DNA of 64,000 nt from Eledone cirrhosa (GCA_964016885.1 OZ024743.1:156054001-156118000), one strand, 5' to 3'. Counted from the first letter of the stretch, positions 1 to 15,188 are shown. The notes: a model not told the origin generated them from the letters alone. Translations and numbers: made by a program.

Positions 1-1106
1 ATAAAACTCATTTGTTAGAACATAAAAGTTTCATTGAATCCTGCCCCCTTTTGTTGATATAATGTGTGAGAGGATGAACAAACTAGCAAACGGACAGTGA
101 GTACGTATATTTTGAAAATCATATTCCTAACGAATAGCACTTAGAGGGTAAGGTAAACACAGCTGTGAATCATAAGAAACAAAGACTGTGGTGTTTTACA
201 ATTTTGAGTTAAATAATTATCTCAATGTTACCTGATATAGATAAAATGAAGTTGGTCGAACGGAAAGGTTGGATGCCGATGAGTGTAACAACCGTGATAC
301 AATTTGGCCTTATGACACATAGACAAACATTCTAACATATTATCGATTCAAGCCATTACAACTCCTCAAATATAATTGATATTGTCACACATCATCAACA
401 CGCGCTTTTCAGTGAAGATGGAATTAGATGATGCTAGTCCATTTCCTAGTCAGGTTTCCCTTTAACAGGAAGTAATTATATTACACCGAAGAAAGTTGAT
501 CACGGATTTTAAATTAAAAACTGTCACATTAGCGAGAGCTATTAATGAAGCACTGAAATATTATTCCCTCATCACAGCAGCAACCACTAGCCCTATTCCT
601 TCCAGACAATTAATCAATTTATCCAAAATGAATCACGCTGAAATTAGATCTTCCTTTCCTGCTACTATTATATATTATGTCATCAATAACGCCATGTTAA
701 CACGAACAGGATTTCACTCGGTGTTTAGCCCCTATGTAAATAATACACAATCTAAAGACTTTCTGGAAGTATTCAATGAACATATATTAATAAAAACTTT
801 GGAAGCAATAAAATAAAAAACAATAATGATTGAAATTTGCCAACTATTGTAGTTGATTACATTTATTTGATACAATTATTTTTGAAATCGTGTGTAATCT
901 GGTAAAAATGTATGATGTTCATAGTGACAATTAGTCCCATATATATCGACTGGTTATTCTATTGACACTGACTCTTTAAATGTGTAACTCAATTCGATTG
1001 TAATTTCAGCTTCAATTTAAGAATGTCGAAATTTAATTGGATGCCCATTTGAATTAATATTCAATAAAATTCCTACGTCAATTATGATGTTAGAGATCAC
1101 ATTAAC

Positions 1107-1719
1107 GTTAACAGTAATAATTGATTCTACTATTTACACGAGGCCAGCAATTGTCCCAGTGTATGACTGGTACTTTATTTTATCGACCCCGTAAGGATCA
1201 AAGGAAAAGGTAACCTCGGCCGGATTTGAACTCAGATCGTAAAAGGGCGTAACTATGCTGGAAAGCATGTCCGACCCTCTACCGATACTACCTATACACC
1301 GCCCTTAACCGTAATAATTGTTTCTACTTTTGGCACAAGGCCAGCAATTGTACCAGTGCATGACTGGTACTTTATTTTATCGACCCCATAAAGATGAAAG
1401 GAAAAGTTAACCTCGGCCGGATTTGAACTCAGATCGTAAAAGGACGTAACTATGCTGGAAAGCATGTCCGACCCTCTACCGATACTACCAATACACCACC
1501 CTTAACCGTAATAATTATTTCTACTTTTGGCACAAGGCCAGCAATTATTCAGTGCATTACTGGTACTTTATTTTATCGACCCCGTAAGAATGAAAGGCAA
1601 AGTCAACCTCGGCGGGATTTGAACTCAGATCGTAAAGGGACGTAACTATGCTGGAAAGAATGGCGTCCGACCCTCCACCGATACTGCCAATCCACCGCCC
1701 TAAAGTTAACCGTAATAAT
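1107..1719 (-). mobile_element. Three tandem copies (~197-bp period) of a tRNA-derived SINE
   Basis: On the - strand each unit has an A-box-like TGGCAGTATCGG, a B-box GAGTTCAAATCC, a GGGGTCGATAAAATAAAGTACCAG core and an AT-rich tail. Units are separated and flanked by (G/C)TTAAC(A/C)GTAATAAT. Confidence 0.9.
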
Positions 1720-2104
1720 AAGATGACATTAGTCTTAAGAAACGGACACGACTAAAATAAACGAGATGGAATTAAGATATAGGTGGCTGTATCCTTTCGG
1801 AAACTTAATCCTTAAATAGATACGCTCATCTTGATGCTAGCACCGACCTATTGAAAATACGATACAAAAGGGGGAAACCGAACAATATGATTATACATAG
1901 AAGTTTCGCACCCTTATTAAACAACTATTCTCTGCCAAATATAGCGTATAACTAAACGCAGCACACCAACTCCAGAAAAATAGTTATGTGTATATAGGAA
2001 ACAATAATAATAAACAAATAGCAAAAATGCAAAAACTCAATGAAAATGATGGAAATCTCGAGTCCAACACAAACATTATCCATGAGACAGAATAATGTTA
2101 ATCA

Positions 2105-4050
2105 TTCTTCTTCTTCTTCTTCTTCTTCTTCTTCTTCTTCTTCTTCTTCTTCTTCTTCTTCTTCTTCTTCTTCTTCTTCTTCTTCAATTCCAATAATGTT
2201 ATCCAAATATCTTGCACAGAGTCTGCCCCTGGGTCTCCCACTGGTTTGTTTTGCCCGTAAATCTATCCAGCGATTGTTTCTAGACATATTCCAGGCACAT
2301 GCCCATAGTTTCGGAGCTATGATCGCTTAATTTATGTCTTTATAATTATTTTTCTCCATGTGTGATCATTCAATTCGGAGAAGAAGCGGCTCTTCCTGGA
2401 GTAAATCTCTGATATCCGAGCCACACACACTATTGAGTAACGTTATTGTAAAGAACCTTCGGAGGAACCTCATTTCCACCACTTGTATTCGCGATTGTAT
2501 TTTTTTGCTCATTATCCAAGATCCGTGACCACTTAGCACAGATTTACCGGGGAGGCTTAACAAGGAGATCCCTCTGTAATTAGAACAATGTCTCTTATCT
2601 CCCTTTTTGAACATTAGATTTATCACTTCCGATTGCCATAGCTTAGTTGCCTTTCAAGAGATCCAGGCTACCCGACACACACGAGTCAGCCAGAGAATAT
2701 CTTCTCTATTTAAGGCTGTTAACATCTCAGGTCGGATTTCATATTCCGCAGCGTCCTTGCCACATTTTAGTTCTTCATTTGCTCTTGTTATGTCAGACTC
2801 TGATAGATTACTTACCGCTCCCAGATGCACCTTGTGCACATCAGAAGATCCTGATGTGGTCGGGTTCAGGAAATCAGAAAAAGTATTTTCTCCATCTTGC
2901 GAAGATGCATCTCTCTAAAGAGAAGAGTGCCCCAGACGAGTTATCGATATCAGGTGTTGATGAAGGCATCTTATTACGACGTCGGTGGATGGTCTGCCAG
3001 AAAATGTATTTGTTGATTTGTGTCTCTGCTGAGATTCTTACTGCCTTTTTGTACAGCAAGTGCAAGAGGGAAATCTTTCCAAGCCAAGCTTTATTAACAT
3101 CCTTCGTTTCTTGCATGGTGCCTTTGACATATTGATTGAATCAATGGGTCCTGCTGTCATCCGGCATTACCCCCATGCTTCTCTCGCCAGCAGTATTTAA
3201 CAGTTCAATAAATAACTGCTGCACTGAACAATCTCCACTCTGTCTCAATGTCCTATTTGCTGAGGGAGTTCTCTGTATCTGGATGCAATAGTATCTGGAT
3301 ATGTGGTCCTGAATTATTTAATCCCCAATGCTTCCGACTTTATTCTGTAGTCACTGTGCACCTGCCAGTTTTGTAGGCCTCCTTGACCTTTTTAGTTTCA
3401 AGTTGATGGTGGTCATTTGACAGCTCAACCCCTCTCATAACACAAACATACACCACAGAATAAAAGAGATCAGAGCCATAACAAAATTAATTATTGATCA
3501 CTGTCTTTGATTCACCTTAATCCATGTATATTTATAGATGCCTCTGTGCTAGAAGGAGTTCGTAACAGAAAGTCCGTTGCAAGAACAGAAGTCTAGTAAG
3601 ACCCCTTCATTCCTATTTACACCGGGGTCACTCTTCCTTCTAATCACTACATTCCATGAAAGGTTGTCAGTGCTAATATGTGCATTGAAATGTCCCATCA
3701 GGTTATATTACTCAGTCATAACTACATATCCCGCTGCAGTGACTTCATCAAGAAAAGAACTGTTTTCGAACAACTTGTTTGGTACATAAATTTGCACCAC
3801 CCACAGAGACCTATCTTTCCGCCTAAGCTTCAAGAGGCAAATCCTCTCTCCTAACGGGCTCAAGTCCGTAACACATTCAGCCGGGAACTTGTTGTTATCC
3901 ATTGCTCCATCACCCCTAGTAGTTTAATGCTGTTGGTCCTGGGTTGCTTATTCATTTGAGAGTTGCCCGCTTATATCGCAACTAGCCATCATATCTGGTG
4001 GCCGTATCCACCATCTGTCACCCGTTCTCTACCAGGGTAATTCTGCCGAG
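2105..4050 (-). mobile_element. Degenerate, internally deleted RTE-type LINE with (GAA)n 3' tail
   Basis: Minus-strand fragments: 'KKGDKRHCSNYRGISLLSLPGK' (RT start), 'IQVVEMRFLRR...DIRDLLQEEPLLLRIE' (RTE C-terminus) and APE-like 'ERICLLKLR..SLWVVQIYVPN'. (TTC)n at 2105-2185 lies at the 3' end. Confidence 0.8.
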
Positions 4051-5047
4051 GAAGATGAAAATTTGAATAAGTAAAACACAAATTCAACCAAAACGGACGA
4101 TAACCTAATGCACGGACATGAAAATTATTTTAACTATTTAACAATAACGGCTTCTAATTTATGCCAACACGACTTTTCTGGTGGGTAGGTTGATCATATC
4201 GATCCTAGTGCGTTACTGATACTTTTATTTATCAACTCGGTAAGGATAACATACAAATTGTTCATTTGTTATCCTATCAAATACAGGCTATATAATATGC
4301 AAACAAGTTCTTTATAGCAATTGCATATTATAAACAAATATAAATTCCAGTGGTGTATCAATGAAAAATCTACACTGCCATGAATGAATACACAAATTTC
4401 TTAATAATCCCACATGTTTCATTATTCATATAATTCTAAAGCATTCAAGAAAGTAAATACGTACATTTCATAATCAAATAAAAAGGGAAAGCAAATAAGC
4501 CTACAATCATGTTTAACAAACACGATAGAAATATTTCCTACAGCTTCAACATTGCAAAGCACAATGAATGTATACAGTGCATCATTTCTTATCATGGTGT
4601 TCTTGAGGAGTAACAGAAAAATAGTTGGCCTACTGATAGTATATAGTAATTAATCATTTTAGATGCAGCTAGCCGTATATCAATAAAGAACATTCAATAA
4701 AGTAAAAACACAAGAATCAATACACCAACTGGATAATAGAGAGGAAAACAATATTAAATCCGAAAATATAAGACCCGTCAACAATAAAAATATGGAAGCG
4801 TAACATATTCACTTACAATATATACATTAACAATGATATCAAACGAGTAGCAAGCCGAACGTTCACTCTGGTAAGGAAACTAGGTCATGGATAAAAAGGA
4901 ATACATTCAGGGAGATGGTCCAATTAATTACGAAACTTATATTAACCGATGACCTTTAACTTCTATAAATAATTCCTTTGTAAATTTAGACAAGCTGTCT
5001 TTCATTTCATACCTTCATATCACAATAATCAACACGCTACAAAAACG

Positions 5048-5100
5048 ATGACAACTTCAACAACAGCAAGAACAACTACAGCAATTACAACAACTACTAT

Positions 5101-5156
<56 letters not shown>

Positions 5157-5184
5157 ATACTACTATTACTACTACTATTTCTAT

Positions 5185-5242
<58 letters not shown>

Positions 5243-5312
5243 GCTACTATTACTACTACTACTAGTAATAATAATAATAATAATAGTAATACTACTAATA
5301 ATAATAATAATT
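5048..5312. repeat. Compound (ACT)n/(TAA)n microsatellite
   Basis: Directly visible trinucleotide runs. Confidence 0.95.
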
Positions 5313-5313
5313 A

Positions 5314-6240
5314 GTAGGGAGCCAATGCTCAAAATTGTACTGAAGGAGAAGACAATAGACCAGGGGATGTCCGAGGAGGAAATAACAAGAAGGAGGTAGA
5401 GCAACCTGCATGAAAAATCCATTCATAGTACCTTCTTTAAGAAAACGGAATTTAGAGATCCACAGACATGGAACTGGTTGAAAAGAGATCTTTAAAAAAG
5501 CTACAGAAAGAGTGCTAATGGCTGCGCAAAAGCAGGCCCTCAGAACGAAGTGGGTGAAATACCATATTGACAAGAAGGAGAGGAGCTCACTGCGTGGGAC
5601 CTGTGGAGAGAGAGAGAGGAGATGTGGCTCACATTGTATCCGATTGTAAACACCTAGCCCAGACTCACTATAAAGGTTGGAGACATGGTGATCCACTGGT
5701 ATCTATGCAAAGTAAACAATTTACCACATTCTGAGAAGTGGTATGAGCATAAGACAGAGTCGGTGATAGAAAACGATCAGGTGAAGGTGCTATGGGATTT
5801 TAGGATACAGACGAACAAGAAATTAGAACACAATAGGCCTGACATAGTGGTTTTGGACAAGGAAAAAAGATCGTGCCTGATTGTAGATGTAGCTTGCCCA
5901 TTTGACACGAGAGTGCAAGAAAAGGAGAGGAAGAACATTAATCGATACCAGGATTTAAAGTGGGAGTTTAAAAGGATTTGGGACTGCCATGAGATCAAGG
6001 TCGTGCCGGTTGTCATGGACGCACTAGGTACTATCTCAAAGAGTTTCCAATGATGGTTAAACAAGATTAGTCCAGCTCCGCCTTTTTTAACACTTCAAAA
6101 GGCATGGTTGCTGGGAACAGCAATAACTCTCCGATACGTCCTGAATATCTGAGGCTGCAGGTAGCAGCTTCATATTCATTTCAACGAACTTTCCAATTAA
6201 ATAACATCAATGACTGATACTCAAAAAACAATAATAATTA
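5314..6240 (+). mobile_element. 5'-truncated Dong/R4-like LINE, copy 1 (restriction-like endonuclease domain)
   Basis: ORF 5685-6053 'KVLWDFRIQTNKKLEHNRPDIVVLDKEK..IVDVACPFD..KERKNINRYQDL' is a PD-(D/E)xK RLE, with a CCHC remnant upstream. It begins in (TAA)n and ends in CAATAATAAT. Confidence 0.85.
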
Positions 6241-6244
6241 TAAT

Positions 6245-7675
6245 ATCCCCACCCCCTCTGGTGTTTCTCCTTGCCCTGCTACCCTTGTCCGTTATATTGA
6301 GAAAAGTGAGAGCAGGATACAAGTTTGGAAAAGGAGAGCTTACCATCAACCACATCCTCTTCATGGACGATCTTAAACTCTTTGAGAAGAGTGAGAAGGA
6401 GTTGGATGTAATTGTTGACACTGTCCTATTTTCAGCGATGATATATGTTTGGAATTTGGAGTCCTAGTGACAAAGAGAGGTAAATTGATCAGAAGCAACG
6501 CAATCCGGGTACCATCAGGTGAGATGATAAAGGACATTGACACTGAAGAGGGATACAAATATTTAGGTGTTTTGGAGGCAGATGACACAAAGAACAAAAA
6601 AATGAAGGAATTGATAAGATCTGAATAGATAAGGAGTGTAAGGAACGTATTAAAATTACATCTAAATAGTAGGAATGTCGTAAGCGCAGGAAATTCCCGT
6701 GCTATGTCTATTATCAGGTACAGTGCGGGAATTCTGAAATATAATTTTGCTGAACAAAAAGAAATGGATAGGAAGACTAATGACTATCTACAACATATTC
6801 CACAAGAGGAGTGATGTCAATAGACTCTACTTAAATATATCTGAAGGTGGAAGAAGTCTTATCAGCATAGAGGACTGTGTTCAGATGGCGAAGAACAACC
6901 TGCGCACATATGTGACTGACTGTAGGGAGCCAATGTTCAAAATTGTACTGAAGGAGAAGACACTAGACCAGGGGATGTCCAAGGAGGAAATAACAACAAG
7001 GAGGAAGAGCAACCTTCATGAAAGATCCTTTCATATTACCTTCTTTAAAAAACGGAATTTAGAGATACACAGACATGGAACTGGTTAAAAATAGTAGACC
7101 TTAAAAAAGCAACAGAAGGAGTGATAATAGCTCCGCAAGAGTAGGTTCTCAGAACGAAGTGGGCGAAACACCATATTGACAAGGAGGAGGCTCACTGTGT
7201 AGGATCTGTGGGGAGGAGAGGCGACTGTGGCTCACATTGTATCCGAATGTAAACACCTAGCCTAGACTCACTATAAAGGCTGGAGACATGATGTGACAGG
7301 CATGGTGATTCACTGGTATCTATGCAAAGTAAACAAGTTACCACATTCTGAGAAGTGGTATGAGCATAAGCCAGAGTCGGTGATAGAAAACAATCAGGTG
7401 AAGATGCAATGGGATTTTATGGGATTTTATGAAATCAAGGTTGTTCCGATTGTCATAGGCGCACTAGGTACTATCTCAAATAGTTTCCAAGGATGGTTAA
7501 AGAAGACTAGTCCGGTCCGGCTTTTTCGAATATTTCAAAAGGCATGCTTGCTTTGAACCGCAAGAACCCTCCGATACGCCCTGAATGTATGAGGCTGCAG
7601 GTAGCCGTTGATATTCATTTGAACAAACTTTACAGTTAACTAACATCAATGTCTGTCACTCAAACAACAATAATA
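6245..7675 (+). mobile_element. 5'-truncated Dong/R4-like LINE, copy 2 (RT C-terminal half plus partly deleted RLE)
   Basis: 'SPPPLVFLLALLPLS...INHILFMDDLKLF', 'YKYLGV' and 'HKRSDVNRLYL..SEGGRSL'. The 3' part is similar to copy 1 and ends the same way (CTCAAACAACAATAAT). Confidence 0.85.
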
Positions 7676-7685
7676 CTGCAAATAT

Positions 7686-7910
7686 TGGGGGATTGGGAGA
7701 ATCGGCAGAGCGTCGGACACCATGCTTTGCAGCATAGAGTTGTGACCCTTTACGGAATGAGTTCAACTGCCGCCGAGGTAAGCTTCCATTCATCCTTACG
7801 TGGTTGATAAAGTAAAGTACATGTAATACACTGGGGTTGACTTAATCGACTTTCCTTCCCCACAAATTGCTGGCCTTTTGCCTATAATAAAAATCAGTAT
7901 TATTAATAAT
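7686..7910 (+). mobile_element. tRNA-derived SINE (diverged subfamily)
   Basis: GATTGGGAGAATCGGCAGAGCGTCGG head, GAGTTCAACTGCCGCCGAGG, and GATAAAGTAAAGTAC core. Confidence 0.8.
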
Positions 7911-7914
7911 ATTA

Positions 7915-9095
7915 ATGATTTCTGATTAAGGCACAATGCCTATAAGGCCTACAAAAGTATATGCAAAATTTGCCGAAGATTAAAGTCTTCAGACCTTTCA
8001 ACCTCATCCATCGCACAACACCTCTGCTGCGCATCATCAACCATGGCATGCCCATCTTTCCAAGTAGCGGGTGTTTACAGCAAATGGACCAGCTGGCCAT
8101 CAGAGCGCATCCCGTCCAGGACATGTGAAAAAGCAAAAGCCCCAGTGCAGTCCGGCGAGGCTTAGGGCAAGTTACGATGGTCATCCGGTAGTACATGATG
8201 GACACCATGTACGCGTTCACCACTTCTACCAGACCTTTCAGGGAAAGCTATCTCTCGGCCCATTTCTGAATGATATTGGCCACTCTGCTCGTCACCTCGT
8301 CCCAGTTTCTGTCTATTTGTATGTCGGTACCGAACCAGAACTCGAGCAATTTAACCGGCCCGAAGATGCTGTTCCAGGACATGGACCGGCCCAATGACGT
8401 TTCCTACTTGGATTTTGCTCCCGTCTGCGCTTCCTATTCCCTCAGCGCAGTGCAGATAAGCCCGATGAGTTTGGTGTTCGACACTACGAGCGTGACGTCG
8501 TCGGCATAAGCTGGCATATATCTTCCATGCCCTAATTCGCGTGGGATACCCCTCGACGCCTCCAATTTATGTAGTAGCGGTTCTGAGCCGATGAAGTTGA
8601 ACGGTTGCGAGAAGTGACCGTTCACTCTGACCACAAGAGAGATGTCACTGTGCATAACAGCAATCCTTCCTCTGATAACAGGCCAAAAGCGTGTTATTTT
8701 GAGGACCACCGCCAGGTACCTACGGTCGACACTTACGAATTCTTTGGATTGATCCAAGTGGATAACTGCCCACCCGTGGCGAGTTTTTTAGCCACCTTCT
8801 GTGATGTATCGCATGAGATGGAAGTTTTCGGGATGTTTTTTTGGGGAAAGGCACGTATATGTTGTCCCCGACAAACCACCGACAAGATCCAAGCTCGTAG
8901 CTAACACTTTTAGTCAAAACTTTGAACTCTGCACTTAGCCGAGTTGTTGGCCTAAAATTATCTATATTATCCCTCTTATTGGGGTCTTTTCTCAGCAGCG
9001 CGACCACTCCGTGTCTCATAGAACTGGGAATTCTTCCGTTCCGCTATTAGTTGCAGTAGACGTCTGGCAAGGGGTCACCGAACAATTCCGGCACA
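7915..9095 (-). mobile_element. Tx1/L1-clade LINE RT fragment (frameshifted)
   Basis: 'GVVALLRKDPNKRDNIDNFRPTTRLSAEFKVLTK', 'DQSKEFVSVDRRYL', 'AYADDVTLVV', 'ICCKHPLLGKMGMPWL'. Confidence 0.85.
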
Positions 9096-10600
9096 CAAAC
9101 GTAAACATAATGGTATTGATCCAACACATAATAGTAAGGCTTTTTCGGAGCGAATAAAACCGATACGTTACATTTGACTTTCATCCTGTCCAGCATGTAT
9201 CACCCCTAGCTTCTTTTACGACTAATACTAAAATGCTAAAACAAATTCCACGATTTCTGTAATATCTAAAAAATATCACCTGCAATTATGAAAACAACCA
9301 CTTACACCATTGTCATTTCTACCTCTAATTCTGCGTTCCGTGGCAATAAGGGGGAATCAACCTAATTTTTCCTCTTCCAGGAAATAGCAACTAATCTTCC
9401 CCAATTCAATTAATGTTGTGGAAATTTACACACATCTTGAATTACGTTGAATGTGAGTAGTGTGAATTAATTAGGAAAAAAATCAACTTCCAGTGTCGAC
9501 ACTTCATACGATGACTACCGCACATTTTGTGTCAAGATCTACTTGATCCAAAAGTTGCTACTTCCCATGTTATGAACATTTCTATATCGTAAATCCGTTC
9601 TCACTATCACTACTATAAGAAAACAACTAATAACAAACATCACACTTCCCTCTAACTCAAACAAATGTCAAGTACGAACAATGTTGTTCTCTTAAATCAC
9701 ACCATAGAGAAAACAACAAATGGATTTTAATATACTCAATAAAAATACAATCCCCGGAGAAAATGCGAAACATTTCGTTATAGCTAATTTCATTAAGATG
9801 GGTCAGGGTATGAAGCTAAATCCTTTAAGAAGTCTGAATCCATTGGTTCAATCTCTCGAAAGTTACACGTTGAATAAATTGAGGCATTTTACAACAATCT
9901 TTATTTGAAAATCGTGCGCATTATCCATCCTAGAATGATTTTCATGATAGGTATGTGTATTCTAGACTTACCTAGGCAAAAATAGATAAAAACTACTGTA
10001 ATTCATATTACTCCCTTCTATGCGTTCACTACTGAAAACGCTATCAGTGAGGGAACTTCTACGCATCAAACAAGATGCAGCAAAATATTCCATTAATTGC
10101 ATCTTATCATCCTACCTGAACAAATTGAGTGATGCAGTATTATGAGAAAAGGAACATATATGGGATGATCCCCTATGAATTAAACGTTCATCCTCTTTCC
10201 ATAATAGAATCGAATTTTACTGACCGCTTTTGATTATCACTTGAAAATAGTTCTCTACAATTTATGCATTTTGAAAATCGTCACAACATCCATTCCCATA
10301 AAGAAATGAAAGAACAATATTTTAAATTGTCGAGATTGTTGAGTATGTGAATACATTATTCAGGATTTTATTTCTCATCATTTCTGTGATACTTTCAAAT
10401 ATCGCTGACATGAAATTTAAGTTCCAGCATTCGTGTTGTTTATAAAATGTCTTGAACCATATACTCTGGTTGGTTTGCTAAAGTGCAATCTGCATTTGAA
10501 AACTTTCTATAATTGGTATCGTGCAGGAGAAAACAAAATCAATAATGTTGCTCTTAAATGCACTCTGTCACCTTGAAGTTTGACTTTCAATAGAATCGCT

Positions 10601-10925
10601 ATACAGACAATAAAACATGGCTTCCTTCCATTTCTTTCTCTCTTTCTCTATCTCACTCATTTCTCCCTCTTTTTCTCTTTCACTCTCTAACTCTCTCTCT
10701 CTCTATCTCTCTCTCTCTATATATATATCTCCCTCTCTCTCTCTCAATGTATCATTTACCTCACGTTCCACTATTTCAGTGTCAATTATGAGGTAACACA
10801 TTTCTAGCATGTTCATTAACACTAAAGTATAAATAAAGTGTGATCTGCTTCATCCCAGGAAGCATTTCGTCTTCTAACAATACATTCCAAATCTGATACT
10901 TTCGTGTATCTCATATCATTAGATT
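10601..10925. repeat. ~320-bp dispersed repeat (second copy 12805-13098)
   Basis: ATACAGA(C/T)AATAAA(A/G)CATGGCTTCCTTCC...TTTCGTGTATCTCATATCAT shared with 12805-13098. Confidence 0.85.
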
Positions 10926-11514
10926 GTAGCATAAGTAGAGTGTCAAACATATGCTTTGTGCTGGAACTTAATTAGAGTTCATTGCGTATAGGAACCAACA
11001 TACGATACTCGTCTCAAAATTTCATAGGCTGACTAAGAAGGAATGATGCAAGCGCTATGACATCTTGCATGCATTAATTTCAACTCTTTGTTATTTACGG
11101 GGAATATGTTGGAAAAGAAATTTCATTTCCTCATTCCAGAAGAGTATTTCGGTCAGCCTAAGAAATTTTCAGCTGAAACTCCTATATTTGCTTTCAATAT
11201 TCAACGGGAAAATGCAATTTAAAGAACAGCTTAAACAGCATGTAAAGCAAAAGGGATATCATTAACAACAGCTGTGTTATTTATTTAAATGTATGTCTCT
11301 GATACAGATCACCAGTTTTCTTGTCTCGTACATAAGCCAGGTACAAGCGTATACATGTTAACACCAGCATACACATAAACATTTGTAATATATGCCTCCC
11401 AAGATGTTTGCGCCGAGACACAAATATGTGTGATATGTTTATACAGTGTACGTACCATTCATAATGTGTATTCGTACTATGTTTACCAGTTCACGTGTTT
11501 ATGTATGCATAATT

Positions 11515-11640
11515 AATTTTACTTTTCTTACAAGGCAAGCAATTACCCCAGTACATTACTGGTGCTTTATTTTATCGATCCCATAAGGATGTTAGGCAAA
11601 GTAATCTTCGGCGGCATTTGAACTCAGAACGTCAAGGCGC
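11515..11640 (-). mobile_element. SINE, 3' two-thirds
   Basis: Same core and B-box as the 1107-1719 copies. Confidence 0.8.
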
Positions 11641-11649
11641 CATAAGATA

Positions 11650-11714
<65 letters not shown>

Positions 11715-11901
11715 TTCAAATATTAACAAAATAGATATACTTTTGATCAATAAAATGTTATTATACATATTTCAGAGGTACTTGAATCAAGTTCAACACT
11801 ATTTTACTTGTAGAGTGCTTCCAATCTATTGTAAAACTCATTCTTTGATGTACTCATTGAATCTTGTTTATCTCTTTAATATATATATATTTATATATAT
11901 T

Positions 11902-12600
<699 letters not shown>

Positions 12601-12617
12601 TGATATATATATATATA

Positions 12618-12687
<70 letters not shown>

Positions 12688-12707
12688 TGTATATATAGTG
12701 TATTATG

Positions 12708-12765
<58 letters not shown>

Positions 12766-13129
12766 TGGATTGGCAGTATCGGTAGATGTATATATACATA
12801 TCTAATACAGATAATAAAGCATGGCTTCCTTCCATTTCTCTCTCTCTCTATATATATATATATCTCACTTTCTCCCTCTTTCTCTCTCTCTCTCTCTGCC
12901 TCTCTCTTTTTTATGTATCATTTACCATTTACCTCACATTCCACTATTTCAGTGTCAAATATGAGGTAACACATTTCTACCATGTTTCATTAACACTAAA
13001 ATATACATAAAGTGTGATCTGCTTCATCTCAGGAAGCATTTCGTCTTCTAACAATTCATTCCAAATCTGCTACTTTCGTGTATCTCATATCATAAGATTT
13101 CGATTGATCTAAATTGTTCAGAGCCCAAC

Positions 13130-13460
13130 CGAAGCCAGGTTTGCGCACTACACTCTCTATGTTGTATCGCATGAGATGGGGGTTCTAATTTATTGAACTG
13201 GTTGGGATTGCTCAGGTTTGCACCTACTCTCCCAATTTCTCGACGACAAGCGAGAACCTCATGGCTAACAACTTGATTAAAATCTTACACAATGTGTTGA
13301 GGTGCATTATGGGCCTGAATGTATTACACGTGTCCCTCTTCTTCTCGCATTTCCTCATCAGCTTCACTACGTGATGGATCCCTGCACTGCGAATACTCCC
13401 GTTCTGCTGGCAGTTGCAGTACAGCGATTCGAGATTGTCGGTGAACAAACCTAGCATATG
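13130..13460 (-). mobile_element. Tx1-like LINE RT fragment
   Basis: 'GSIRSAGIHHVVKLMRKCEKKRDTCNTFRPIMHLNTLCKILIKLLAMRFSLVVEKLGE' matches the RT domain 1-2 pattern. Confidence 0.75.
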
Positions 13461-13493
13461 TTGTTTCTTTAATATAACAATATATATATGTAA

Positions 13494-13577
<84 letters not shown>

Positions 13578-13590
13578 ATTTAGAGAGAAA

Positions 13591-13648
<58 letters not shown>

Positions 13649-13999
13649 GAGAGAGAGAGAGAGACAGAGAGGGAGAGAGAGAGAGAGAGATAGATAGAGA
13701 GAGAGAGAGCGAGAGAGAGAGAGAGAGAGAGAGAGAAAATAATGTAAAACCTCGACTGCGACGCTAAGTGGTTTCGTCCTCAGTAGGAATGATTTTCTCG
13801 TATTTATGTGAGATGTGGGGTATTAGGTCAGTTGCTAGGTTGATGACTCACTGGTCAAAGCTTATGGCTGGACTTGTTATTGTGATAATATGCTAGGAAT
13901 CCTACGCCGGGCCAACGGGTAATGTGTGGGTTGAATGTGGAGCGAGTGCCCGTGATGACGTTGAGAATGGTAGATCTATATATGTAGAGAAGTTGGGAT

Positions 14000-14360
14000 A
14001 ATGAAATAATGCAGGTGGGTTTGAAAATGTGTAAATGCTAGAAAGGAAGGGGAAGAGATTAAGGAGAACAATATAAATGAAAACGGAAAAGGTGTGACCA
14101 ACTAGTAACCAACTAGTTACGAATGAGTCATATATTGCTTCTTTAAGACATTCTGAAAAAGATAAAACCACGGCGCTTTCAAACAAGGTGTGGGAGATGA
14201 AAGAAGATCCATCTTAGACCAATCAAAAGAATTTCCAACGGTCCAAGGAAACGTACTTTAGGCAGATGCGAGAAATATTGAATTCTGCAGAACCTGAAAT
14301 CTCTAAATACTTGACTGAACTCTAAAACTTGTTTTCAGAGATTGCCCACACATTAAATCA
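14000..14360 (+). mobile_element. Degenerate Penelope-like GIY-YIG C-terminal remnant
   Basis: 'ASLRHSEKDKTTALSNKVWEMKED' resembles the PLE motif also seen in ORF 46830-47501 ('YSIKHQSQINVTTLAEKAWTLRD'). Confidence 0.55.
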
Positions 14361-15055
14361 CATCCTATTCCTATTGGAATAGAAATAACATCCATTTGGA
14401 CACACACCAACCCTGAACCTATATTTCAATTATGAAATAGCATCAATACTAACTACCCTGAACTTATGTTTAGTATGATCTCATACATTTTGTTATACCC
14501 ATAATACACCGATAACACTCACAATTTGATTACGAATACATACTTTCTGTTATATCACTAAGTCTCATATATTGATTATATTCACTTGTTTCTATCACTA
14601 TGCGTATATCTAGGTACGTAAGTATAAACATTTGATTTCTCTATAAGATGCATCGAACACTCCTTCATTCTTATGTCATATTTGACACATATATATAAGT
14701 TCACATTCATTTAATTATACATATGACACTTACATAAGATTTATATTGAATTTTACAACAGGCCTTGATATTTCTAATTATAACATCGACAACTATTTCT
14801 CTGCTAAATAGAATTAACATATTCATAGATATGTATGAATAATTCTGAGTGTTAATATATTTATTTGTCTATGTATGAAATTACGTTTGTATGTGAGCAA
14901 TTGTATGTTTTTTTATACGTATATGTATAAATTAATATATATGTATGTTTATATATATATACATATGTGTGTGTGGGTGTGTGTGTCTGCGTCTGTGTGA
15001 GTGTCAGTGAATGTATGTGTGTGTGCATACATGTGTATGTATATATGCATGTGTG

Positions 15056-15093
<38 letters not shown>

Positions 15094-15156
15094 CATACAT
15101 ACACACACACATATATACATATATGTTATTATATATATATATATACATATATGTTA

Positions 15157-15180
<24 letters not shown>

Positions 15181-15188
<8 letters not shown>

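Noticed and set aside
496-816. 106-aa ORF
   Set aside because: Non-ATG start, no recognisable motif, AT-rich; probably chance or decayed TE.
10885-10925. HHR-like remnant on the - strand (also ~13064-13100)
   Set aside because: The CUGANGA box is missing in both copies.
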